Below are positions 47,660 through 55,465 of a DNA stretch of 64,000 nt, in pieces. The DNA comes from an uncultured Bacteroidota bacterium (GTDB lineage: Bacteria > Bacteroidota > Bacteroidia > Chitinophagales > LD1), in NCBI GenBank assembly GCA_937894725.1, contig CALAYL010000049.1:8900-72899 (forward strand). The letters are read 5' to 3'. Under the pieces are notes generated by a model. The model had not been told where the DNA came from. It ran no database searches and was given only the letters and a program-made list of their open reading frames with translations. A program made the position numbers and the translations under genes. Every line of letters starts with the position of its first letter. The stretch's first letter is position 1.

Positions 47660-49540
47660 TTAGTTACCAACTGTCAATCGCTTTACGCTGCGCTGACCTT
47701 CTACCTCTACCGATACTAGATATACGCCTTTAGCGAAGTTAGATACGTTGATAGTTTCACGCTCCGATGGATTCACTAATTCAAAAGCTACTTTACCTAG
47801 CATATCTATGATTTTTACGCTAGATGCTTTTTCAGCAATTTCTAATGTTACAATAGTATTTGCTGGATTCGGATATAAATTGAAATCAAACCCACCCGTA
47901 GCTTCTTTGATACCTACTGACCCTGGTGTAAACTGAGCACAGGCTGATTGTGTAGAGCAAAATCCCTTTTCAATTTTTACAAATGCATTAGTGCTTTGGG
48001 CAAGTACTACACTTTGTGTGGTACCTGCTGCCAATGGCTGATTAGTAGCGCAATTTACCCACTCATAGCTTGCTGCATCTGCAATATTTGCGGTGAGGCC
48101 TGTAGCTGTAGCGCTTGCGGTAGCAGGACAAGCAGCAAAAGTATGCTTGGAAAAGAACGCACAGCTTTGACCAGGTTTATCAGCCGCATAAATAGACTCA
48201 GCTGTACCTAAATTTAAATCAACAGTATCTGTCGAAAAACGACCCACCGACAACACCTCATCGTTGATTACTTTTACGCTATTGAAAAAGCCACTGGCTT
48301 TTGCTTTCAAATCTGCTACACCCGAAAACTGCCCGCCTTTTGTTAACTTCAGAATGAATGGTGTGTTGATATTAGGTCTAATTAAATTGTTCACTGCTGT
48401 AGAGTCAGGATTGAAATCAACCGTGTCTTTGTAGTAACCGCTTGCATATATATTGCCACTTTTGTCTAACATTATTCTTTCAGTAGTGTTTGCTCCTGTG
48501 CCTACTAACTGCTTTGCCCATTGAGCCACACCAGCAGCATTGTATTTAATGATAAATGCGTTTATCACATCTGGTGAATTAAGTGATAGGCTTGCACCAA
48601 AATCAACAGGGAAGGTGCATCTAAAAAAACCAGAAAAATAGACGTTGCTAGCTTCATCTGTAGTAACACACGTGCCACTGCTGAGATAATCACATCTAAA
48701 GCTTTTGATATACCCATAACTTCCAGTGCTATTAATTTTTAATAAATAAGGCTGACTGTTAGAAAAATTAGAATTAATAACCTGACTAGAATTGGCGGGA
48801 TTGTAGTATAAAGTACCATTATAGCTGCCCGTCAAATACACATTACCAGCAGTGTCTATTGTAAAGTCATTTCCTGAAACTTGGCTACTGCCAGGATTCG
48901 CAGTTATAAAATATTGCCAACTAGAACTTGCGCTTGATTTTATGACTACTTCTGCCTTGGCTCCGCTAATGGAAAAATCTCTAAAGTTGTAGTATAATGC
49001 TCCATCTTTATCTTGTTTGAGTTTCCCAAAAGTTTGAGTTCCAGCTGCTGGTTGTGCAGCAACGGTTACATATTGCCCTGCAGGATTTAATCTCAAAATA
49101 AACCAATCACCTCCATTAGATGTAACTAACTGGTCGGCAACACCCGGATCAAAGTCAGCTGTACCAGCAAAATCACCACCGATTAAAACGTCTTGGCTGG
49201 GGCGCACAATCACAGATTTCGCAATCACACCTGAATTGCCTTGAATTAGTTTTGCCCAAAGAAGGTCTCCAACATTGCTGTACTTGGCCACAAATGCTGC
49301 AAGACTGCCATCAGGGCTTAATTGGGTAACTCCTGCTTTAATATCCATATCTACCGTGTCGCCATTTCCGATTGTTCCCACTACGTAATAATTCCCAGAG
49401 CTGTCTCTGTCAATATCATAAATAAACGGTTGATTAGATCCTGTAGTTTGAAATAGCCCTCCCCATTTAAAATCGAGGTCTTGTGCAAATGCGAAGGCGC
49501 TAAGCACCATCGCTGTCATGAATGTAATTGTCTTTTTCAT
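47660..49540 (-). CDS. T9SS-sorted protein with SBBP-type beta-propeller repeats
   Basis: The track ORF was trimmed to the Met at 49540 (MKKTITFMTAMVLSAFAFAQ). It has repeated D..GN.Y..G.F.GT.DFDP motifs and a C-terminal LYPNPANTIVTLE sorting domain. Confidence 0.88.
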   Translation of the reverse strand: MKKTITFMTAMVLSAFAFAQDLDFKWGGLFQTTGSNQPFIYDIDRDSSGNYYVVGTIGNGDTVDMDIKAGVTQLSPDGSLAAFVAKYSNVGDLLWAKLIQGNSGVIAKSVIVRPSQDVLIGGDFAGTADFDPGVADQLVTSNGGDWFILRLNPAGQYVTVAAQPAAGTQTFGKLKQDKDGALYYNFRDFSISGAKAEVVIKSSASSSWQYFITANPGSSQVSGNDFTIDTAGNVYLTGSYNGTLYYNPANSSQVINSNFSNSQPYLLKINSTGSYGYIKSFRCDYLSSGTCVTTDEASNVYFSGFFRCTFPVDFGASLSLNSPDVINAFIIKYNAAGVAQWAKQLVGTGANTTERIMLDKSGNIYASGYYKDTVDFNPDSTAVNNLIRPNINTPFILKLTKGGQFSGVADLKAKASGFFNSVKVINDEVLSVGRFSTDTVDLNLGTAESIYAADKPGQSCAFFSKHTFAACPATASATATGLTANIADAASYEWVNCATNQPLAAGTTQSVVLAQSTNAFVKIEKGFCSTQSACAQFTPGSVGIKEATGGFDFNLYPNPANTIVTLEIAEKASSVKIIDMLGKVAFELVNPSERETINVSNFAKGVYLVSVEVEGQRSVKRLTVGN

Positions 49541-49665
49541 ATTGTTTAAATTTTGTTTACTGCAAAAGTGCATTTCGATTTCTATGAAATACCGCCCAAC
49601 TAACGAGTTCCGTGTAGCCGATGTACGAAAGTGCCTTTTGGGTGTATGAAAGTAGTTTTTGGGCA
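49541..49665 (-). promoter_or_regulatory. Conserved upstream cassette, copy 2
   Basis: TGTACGAAAGTG at 49622-49633 and TGTATGAAAGTA at 49643-49654, a 21-bp period. The distance to the ATG (82 nt) is the same as in copy 1. Confidence 0.7.
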
Positions 49666-49731
49666 AAAAAAATCCCGCCTCCATTACTGAAAGCGGGAAA
49701 ACAAAATCCACCTTATGAAAAAATGGATTTT
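49664..49731 (-). terminator. Terminator region of the 49749..51245 gene (two hairpins)
   Basis: AAATCCA/TGGATTT at 49704-49730 and TCCCGC/GCGGGA at 49673-49698, the latter followed by T8 on the minus strand. Confidence 0.7.
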
Positions 49732-49748
49732 TTTTAGAGTAGTTTATG

Positions 49749-51245
49749 CTATTTACCTACTATCAATTTACGCGATGCGTTTTCGTTTTTGCTTTGTATT
49801 TTCACGATATATAATCCTGTATTAAAATCAGCTACAGAGATAGTCATTTTATTGCCTTCAAGTTGTTTTTCGAATACTATTTTGCCTACTAGATCTGTGA
49901 TAATCACCATAGCATCTTTCGCATCTGTTTCTAATAAAAATGTGCCTACTGCTGGATTAGGATATACCGATAACTTACTTTCACGAATGGCTTGTATTCC
50001 ATTAGGAGTAGCAGCTCTTCCACATACATACTCTTCTCTAGTTACCGAACTAAATCCACCTTGATTCACATTGAAACCAGTCCTAGTTTCGATAGCCACT
50101 AGGTCATCATCTGTGTTGAATTCATAGAGTGTCTCATTTACAGGTAGCAATGTAGGATTCGTACCAATACTGAATGTCGCAAATCTAGCCAATTTGCCAG
50201 AGGCGGAATAATTTCTTACCTCTTCGTAGGTAGTAGAAAACTGCATGGTTGTTTTATTATAGGTTTTGTTGCTTTTGCGTGTTTCTTGATTGGAAGTATT
50301 GTATGCATACTCTATTCTTGACTCATTCTGTAATGTAGGTGGATTACCTGGCGTACTTTGTTGAAGCGTTTGCTTAGTTATGCTGCTTACATTTCCATTC
50401 GCATCGTATGCGTAGAAGCTTTGCTCGACTGTTGTCCAAGTTCCTTGATTAATAGATACAAATGTACCAGCGATTTTGCCATTAGACCAAGTAGTTCCAA
50501 ATCGAATGGTAGCTGTGTATGCTGAACCATTCCAGTCTCTTCCTTCCCTTTGTGTTTCATTATTGTTAGCGTCATAGGTATAGGCAAATTGCTGCCCGTT
50601 GGTATAGGTCATAGTACCTTGATTGTAGCCAAAGTTGGTTAAGGTTGACACCTTGTTATTGGCATTATAAGTTCTTTCTTCCTTACTGTTCGGTATCCAT
50701 GCACCGCTAGACCATCCGAAAAATTCTTTTTTAGTTTCGTTTTGCGAGGCATCATAAGTGTATTCAACTTTATTGTTATTTACGCCCTGTAGTTTTACTA
50801 TTGCAGATGCAACCTTTCCTTGTGTAGTGTATGTGTAGGAAATTCTAGCATTTTCTTCCCAGATGCTTGATGAGGGATTCCAAGTAGAAGAAATAGTATC
50901 TACAAGATTAGCACCTGTATAGCTATTTTCGTATTTCTTAGAGTTGTCCCAAGCGCTTGTTCCTGCATTAAAAAGCTGTTCTAAATAAACAAGTACTTTA
51001 TTATTGGAATTGTATGTAATAGTCTTTAATCGGTTATTGTTCCATGTACCGCTGTTATTGATTTGCCTAAGCTCTGTTAGCTGGTTGCCTTGCGCATCAA
51101 AAGTACTTATATTACGCGCTGTTTGGGTTTTTGCTCCGCCAGCCGGAATGTTGTAAAAATTCACCGTATCCTTTCTGCAGTCTGCAAAAGATTGGGTGGT
51201 CAGTAATAATGCCGCTGAGGCAAGAACGAGTAGTTTCTTTTTCAT
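49749..51245 (-). CDS. T9SS-sorted protein with degenerate YD-like repeats
   Basis: Trimmed to the Met at 51245 (MKKKLLVLASAALLL). It has repeated ..Y(T/A)YDAN.N......W motifs and a C-terminal VYPNPAVGTFLLE sorting domain. Confidence 0.85.
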   Translation of the reverse strand: MKKKLLVLASAALLLTTQSFADCRKDTVNFYNIPAGGAKTQTARNISTFDAQGNQLTELRQINNSGTWNNNRLKTITYNSNNKVLVYLEQLFNAGTSAWDNSKKYENSYTGANLVDTISSTWNPSSSIWEENARISYTYTTQGKVASAIVKLQGVNNNKVEYTYDASQNETKKEFFGWSSGAWIPNSKEERTYNANNKVSTLTNFGYNQGTMTYTNGQQFAYTYDANNNETQREGRDWNGSAYTATIRFGTTWSNGKIAGTFVSINQGTWTTVEQSFYAYDANGNVSSITKQTLQQSTPGNPPTLQNESRIEYAYNTSNQETRKSNKTYNKTTMQFSTTYEEVRNYSASGKLARFATFSIGTNPTLLPVNETLYEFNTDDDLVAIETRTGFNVNQGGFSSVTREEYVCGRAATPNGIQAIRESKLSVYPNPAVGTFLLETDAKDAMVIITDLVGKIVFEKQLEGNKMTISVADFNTGLYIVKIQSKNENASRKLIVGK

Positions 51246-51368
51246 GGTATATAAATTTTGTTTCCGCAAATGTCATTCTAAGGGATTGGAAATTTTTGCT
51301 CAACCAACGAGTTACGTGTGGCAGATGTACGAAAGTGCCATTTGGGTGTACGAAAGGGATTTTTTGGA
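51246..51368 (-). promoter_or_regulatory. Conserved upstream cassette, copy 3
   Basis: TGTACGAAAGTG at 51326-51337 and TGTACGAAAGGG at 51347-51358, a 21-bp period. The 33-nt core at 51324-51356 is identical to 47561-47593. Confidence 0.7.
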
Positions 51369-51426
51369 GATACCTCATAAAAAGCCATCAAAAAAGAAGA
51401 ATTTTAGAAAACATTACACATAAAAA

Positions 51427-51491
51427 CGTTAATTCAGTCAGTACACTGACTGAATTAACGTAAATTTGGTCAGTCTATTGACTGAATTTAC
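51427..51491. repeat. Left ~65-bp double-hairpin element flanking the AAA+ ATPase gene
   Basis: A perfect palindrome CGTTAATTCAGTCAG-taca-CTGACTGAATTAACG at 51427-51460 is followed by an imperfect palindrome at 51460-51491. The element is the reverse complement of 52667-52730. Confidence 0.85.
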
Positions 51492-51517
51492 AAAAAAAAT
51501 AGCTTACGTAGATTTCA

Positions 51518-52654
51518 TTAAGCCAAAAAATCAAGTAGCGTATCTTGACTCACGCAACTAAACTTTGCTTTAGGATAATTCTCTTCAAAAAACTTTGGTG
51601 GTTTTACGCCCTTGCATTTTTTCCATTTAAACTCAAAGGCGCGTAGCTGCCTACTTTCTGTTTCTATCATGTCTATCTCTTGATTGTCATACGTTCGCCA
51701 AAAGAAATACTCAGGTGTTTTGGCAGCATATTCACGTACTTTTATCCGCTCATAAAAACAGTAGTTTTCCCACAAAACTCCCATGTCGTTGCGCGAATTT
51801 ACTTCTCTAAAATCATTGATCACAGCATTGCGAATCCCATTATCATAAAAATACCACTTAGATGATTTCACTACCTCCTTGCGTAGATTGGAGCTATAGC
51901 CCCCTACCCTAAAAATCACAAATACTTTGGATAGCAAATCAAGATAACGCACCACCGTATTTTTGCTCATGCCTAGATTTCTGCCTAGTTCATCTAGCGA
52001 TACTTCATTACCCACTTGATAGGCTAGTAGCTTTAGTAGGTCGAAAATCTTACTCGCATTTTTTACAGTTTCATACATCAAAATATCTTTGAGTAAATAG
52101 GTCTGCACCAATGACTTTAAATAGTCCTCTTTCTCGTCATTGCCAGTGAGGGTGATCAACTCTGGATAGCTGCCATATATTAATCGCTCTTGTAGCTGCT
52201 GCTGCGCGCCAAGATGCCCTACATACCCTTCTACCTCCGCATATGACACAGGATAAAGGGTGTATTGATAGCTACGCCCAGTGAGCGGCTCGCCCGATTT
52301 ATTCATCAAGTCAAACGAAGATGAACCAGTAGCAATAATCGTGATTTTAGGAAAGCTGTCAATCATAAATTTGAGGTGCGTGCCTATGGCTGGCACTGCC
52401 TGAGCCTCATCTATCATGATAAGTTTATGCTTGCCGATTAGTCGTTTGTAATTTGCAGCTGTTCGATTAGTAATAGTTGCTTGTACATCCAAATCTTCTG
52501 CATTAAGTACCAAGCAGGGCTTACGATAGTTTTGCTGTATGGCTTGCAGTAGCTTGGTTTTGCCCACTCTGCGTGTGCCAAAAAGTAGCAATACTTTGTT
52601 GTCACCGATGCGCTTTTCGATTGCTTTTTGGAGCTGTCTTTTGATATCTTTCAT
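51518..52654 (-). CDS. AAA+ ATPase of the AAA_14/DUF4143 family
   Basis: 378 aa with Walker A GTRRVGKT, Walker B LIMIDEAQ, a central wHTH-like segment (KNTVVRYLDLLSKVF) and a C-terminal EIDMIE...EFKW module (nuclease-fold-like). Confidence 0.85.
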   Translation of the reverse strand: MKDIKRQLQKAIEKRIGDNKVLLLFGTRRVGKTKLLQAIQQNYRKPCLVLNAEDLDVQATITNRTAANYKRLIGKHKLIMIDEAQAVPAIGTHLKFMIDSFPKITIIATGSSSFDLMNKSGEPLTGRSYQYTLYPVSYAEVEGYVGHLGAQQQLQERLIYGSYPELITLTGNDEKEDYLKSLVQTYLLKDILMYETVKNASKIFDLLKLLAYQVGNEVSLDELGRNLGMSKNTVVRYLDLLSKVFVIFRVGGYSSNLRKEVVKSSKWYFYDNGIRNAVINDFREVNSRNDMGVLWENYCFYERIKVREYAAKTPEYFFWRTYDNQEIDMIETESRQLRAFEFKWKKCKGVKPPKFFEENYPKAKFSCVSQDTLLDFLA

Positions 52655-52666
52655 ACTTCAAATATA

Positions 52667-52730
52667 CCCAAAAATGTTAATTCAGTCAGTCTGTTGACCA
52701 AATTTACGTTAATTGAGTCAGTTGGCTGAC
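52667..52730. repeat. Right ~65-bp double-hairpin element flanking the AAA+ ATPase gene
   Basis: An imperfect palindrome at 52667-52698 is followed by TTAATTGAGTCAG-ttgg-CTGACTGAATTAA at 52700-52729. This is the mirror order of the left element. It starts 12 nt upstream of the ATPase start codon. Confidence 0.85.
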
Positions 52731-52802
52731 TGAATTAAGAAAATAATCGCATTTAATCCCTTTATACATTTCCATTTTTAATTATATTCGTCCAAACATA
52801 GT

Positions 52803-54668
52803 ATGAGTCAAATGATGCTACTGACAGCTACCAGCACCCTAGAACGGCTCAATACTTATATTGTGGCTAGGGAATACGACTTTGCGTTAAAGCAACTCAC
52901 CCTACTCTCCCACCAAAATCTACATCTGTTAAAACAGCTAATACAACAGCTTGCAAACGACCCCCAAATAAAGGAGTTGTGTTTCCGACTACAAATAAAA
53001 CTCTACCTGTCAGAGCAATCACTAAATGAGCAAAAAATAGAAGATGCCGAAAAACAACTGACCCAAATAATAAAACAAGCAGGTGAATGTGAGTGTACAG
53101 AAGTATTGATATTAGGGTATTTGCAGCTAGCTGTGCTAAAGTCATACCAACAAAAAGAAACAGAAGCGCTTGCGATTTTTGCTCAATGCGACCAACTATC
53201 AACTACCCTAAAATCTGTAGAAATCGATATACAAATAGCCATCTACCGCTACCATTTTTATTCTGAAAGCGATGCAGGTAAAGCTGGCAAACAGCTCTAT
53301 CATGCCCTACAACTAAGCCAGGAGACGAAGTTAGATTACTGGCAGGCATACTGTTTGTTGCACTTGGGAACACTTAACACAGTATTAGGAAACCACTCCG
53401 TGGCGCTCAATTTTTTTAAAGAGGCGCATACACTTTTTGAACAACTTGGCTGCAATTTATCAATGGCTGATAATTTGATGTGTCAGTTTAATATCTACTA
53501 TCGTCAAAAAGAATTTGAACAAGCTATCCAGTGTTTGAAGCAGGCAATAGCTTTAGCTACTGACTGTGGATGGGAACACAAAATTGCACTATGCTATGGT
53601 AATTTATCTACCGTGTATTTGCAATTAGAAAAATACGATGAAGCTGCCAATGCATCTGAAAAAGATATTCAAATAAGTACCAAGCTGAAAAACAAGCAAA
53701 ATGTAGGCGTAGCTTACTTTAGGTTGGGCAGAATAGAAGCCGCCAAAGGAAATACATCCAAAGCCATAGAGCTATTAAAGGACTCTATCGAAATCCGAAA
53801 AAATCAGATTAGCAATACACAACTTTCACAGGTATATTTTCACCTACATCGGCAATACGAAATTATAAGCGATTTTGAAAATGCATACAAAACGCAGTCG
53901 CTGTACTTGGAGCAGAAGTTTAAAATTTTGGATGCCGAAAAAGCAAAAGAAAACGAAGCCTTGAGAGAAAAGTATGAATCCGAAAAAAGAGAGACAGAAC
54001 TCAAAGAAGCTAGGATTCTACAAACAGAAAGTGAACTAAAAGCATTAAAGGCACAGATGAATCCGCATTTTATTTTTAATGCGTTGAATTCGATTCAAGA
54101 AATTTTCTTTTTGGGTGACAAGCGATTAGCCAATAAACACCTCAGCAACTTTAGCCAACTGACTCGAAAAATTCTGCACGCTTCTACCAAATCATCTATC
54201 ACACTCCAAGAAGAAATTGAAACCCTAGAGCAATACCTATCACTAGAAGCCCTACGCTTTTCGGATAATTTTGAGTATGATTTAAGAATAGACGAAAACA
54301 TAGACCCTTACCTCATAGACCTACCACCCATGCTGCTACAGCCCTTTGTTGAGAATGCTATAAAACATGGCTTGATGCACAAAACGGAAAACCGTAAACT
54401 AGCCATCGCTATGAGCTTGAAGGAAGAAACTGACGAAACAGCTATTTTGAAAGTAAGCATCAAAGACAATGGCGTAGGACGTGCTGCCTCCACTGTTATC
54501 AATGCCCAAAAAGCCCGCATTGGTCAGTCGTTTGCGAGCGAGGCTACTGAAAAAAGACTTTCGTTATTAAATCTAAGTAGCGATGAATCGGTGAGCTATA
54601 TAGACCTCGAAGAGGCTGGCATGCCAGCTGGCACAGAAGTGCAAATTTCAATACCCATAAAATTTTAA
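52803..54668 (+). CDS. Soluble TPR-repeat sensor histidine kinase (LytS/His_kinase PF06580-type plus HATPase)
   Basis: 621 aa with ~380 aa of TPR-like repeats and a coiled coil (EKAKENEALREKYESEKRETELKEA). The kinase part has LKAQMNPHFIFNALNSI (phospho-His) and LLQPFVENAIKHG. I could find no TM segment. Confidence 0.85.
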   Translation: MSQMMLLTATSTLERLNTYIVAREYDFALKQLTLLSHQNLHLLKQLIQQLANDPQIKELCFRLQIKLYLSEQSLNEQKIEDAEKQLTQIIKQAGECECTEVLILGYLQLAVLKSYQQKETEALAIFAQCDQLSTTLKSVEIDIQIAIYRYHFYSESDAGKAGKQLYHALQLSQETKLDYWQAYCLLHLGTLNTVLGNHSVALNFFKEAHTLFEQLGCNLSMADNLMCQFNIYYRQKEFEQAIQCLKQAIALATDCGWEHKIALCYGNLSTVYLQLEKYDEAANASEKDIQISTKLKNKQNVGVAYFRLGRIEAAKGNTSKAIELLKDSIEIRKNQISNTQLSQVYFHLHRQYEIISDFENAYKTQSLYLEQKFKILDAEKAKENEALREKYESEKRETELKEARILQTESELKALKAQMNPHFIFNALNSIQEIFFLGDKRLANKHLSNFSQLTRKILHASTKSSITLQEEIETLEQYLSLEALRFSDNFEYDLRIDENIDPYLIDLPPMLLQPFVENAIKHGLMHKTENRKLAIAMSLKEETDETAILKVSIKDNGVGRAASTVINAQKARIGQSFASEATEKRLSLLNLSSDESVSYIDLEEAGMPAGTEVQISIPIKF

Positions 54669-54670
54669 CC

Positions 54671-55411
54671 ATGCGTGCTATTCTCGTAGATGATGAACAA
54701 AAAGCCAGAAACATGTTGCGCAACTTGCTCGAAGAGTACTGCCCATCCATAGAGATATTGGCAGCGTGCGAAAATGTACCTACCGCAGTGGCGGCTATTC
54801 ATGAGCACAGACCCGATGTCGTTTTCTTAGATATAGATATGCCTGGCTACAATGGTTTTCAGCTCTTAGAGTTTTTTAGCCCTATAAATTTTGAGGTTAT
54901 TTTCACTACTGCATTTAGTGAATATGCATTGAAAGCATTTCAAGTAAGCGCACTAGATTTTTTACAAAAACCAATAGATATAGACCTGCTCATAGCTGCG
55001 GTAGAGAAATTGAAAAAGCGAAAAGGCCAGTCTTTTATCAATCAACAAATGGCTTTGATAAAAGAAAACAATGAGGCAAAAGCAGTAAAAAAGATAGCGA
55101 TTCAAGTAGCCGATGGAATTGTATTCTTGAAAGTAAAAGAAATCTTATACCTAAAAGCAGACCGCTCCTATACAGAAATATACCTAGAGAATAGCGAAAT
55201 AATAATAGCCAGCAAAAATATCAAAGAATTTGATGAAATATTAGCAGGAAATCCCGACTTTCTGCGTGTACAACGCAGTTATATAGCCAATCTGACCAAA
55301 GTAGAAAAGTATAACAGAACAGATGGTGGCACACTCCAAATACAAGGAGGAAATGAAATACCTATTAGCAAAGAGGTAAGAGAGGAAGTACTGAAGAGGT
55401 TAGAGATTTAA
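54671..55411 (+). CDS. LytTR-family response regulator (REC plus LytTR DNA-binding domain)
   Basis: 246 aa with receiver motifs (DDE ... VVFLDIDMPGYNG ... TAF) and a C-terminal LytTR pattern (YLKADRSYTEIYL ... FLRVQRSYIANL). Confidence 0.92.
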   Translation: MRAILVDDEQKARNMLRNLLEEYCPSIEILAACENVPTAVAAIHEHRPDVVFLDIDMPGYNGFQLLEFFSPINFEVIFTTAFSEYALKAFQVSALDFLQKPIDIDLLIAAVEKLKKRKGQSFINQQMALIKENNEAKAVKKIAIQVADGIVFLKVKEILYLKADRSYTEIYLENSEIIIASKNIKEFDEILAGNPDFLRVQRSYIANLTKVEKYNRTDGGTLQIQGGNEIPISKEVREEVLKRLEI

Positions 55412-55412
55412 C

Positions 55413-55447
55413 CAAAAAAAATCCCACTCTTTTCAGAGCAGGATTTA
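55413..55447. terminator. Terminator between the convergent response-regulator and adhesin genes
   Basis: ATCCCACTCT/AGAGCAGGAT stem with 2 mismatches, flanked by an A-run and a T-run. It is homologous to the terminator at 37323-37354. Confidence 0.55.
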
Positions 55448-55465
55448 AAACAAAACACGAGATTC

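Noticed and set aside
49541-49711. A 57-codon N-terminal extension of track ORF 47660..49711 (…GFFLPKNYFHTPKRHFRTSATR…)
   Set aside because: The reasoning is the same as for the other extension. It also runs through the terminator hairpins of the upstream gene.
51425-51463. Exact matches to the classical LytTR 9-mer consensus [TA][AC][CA]GTTN[AG][TG] inside the ATPase-flanking hairpins: AACGTTAAT at 51425, TACGTTAAT on the minus strand at 51455-51463, and TACGTTAAT at 52696
   Set aside because: The sites are arranged as inverted repeats, or as direct copies 32 bp apart. LytTR operators have direct repeats with a 12-13-bp spacer. I therefore do not call them LytTR operators. The coincidence is noted only as something to test by EMSA.
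51112-51463. Small ORFs 51112..51378 (-), 51131..51463 (+) and 51196..51423 (+)
   Set aside because: They overlap the 5' end of gene 49749..51245 and its conserved upstream cassette. They have no coding signature and are incompatible with the cassette conservation pattern.
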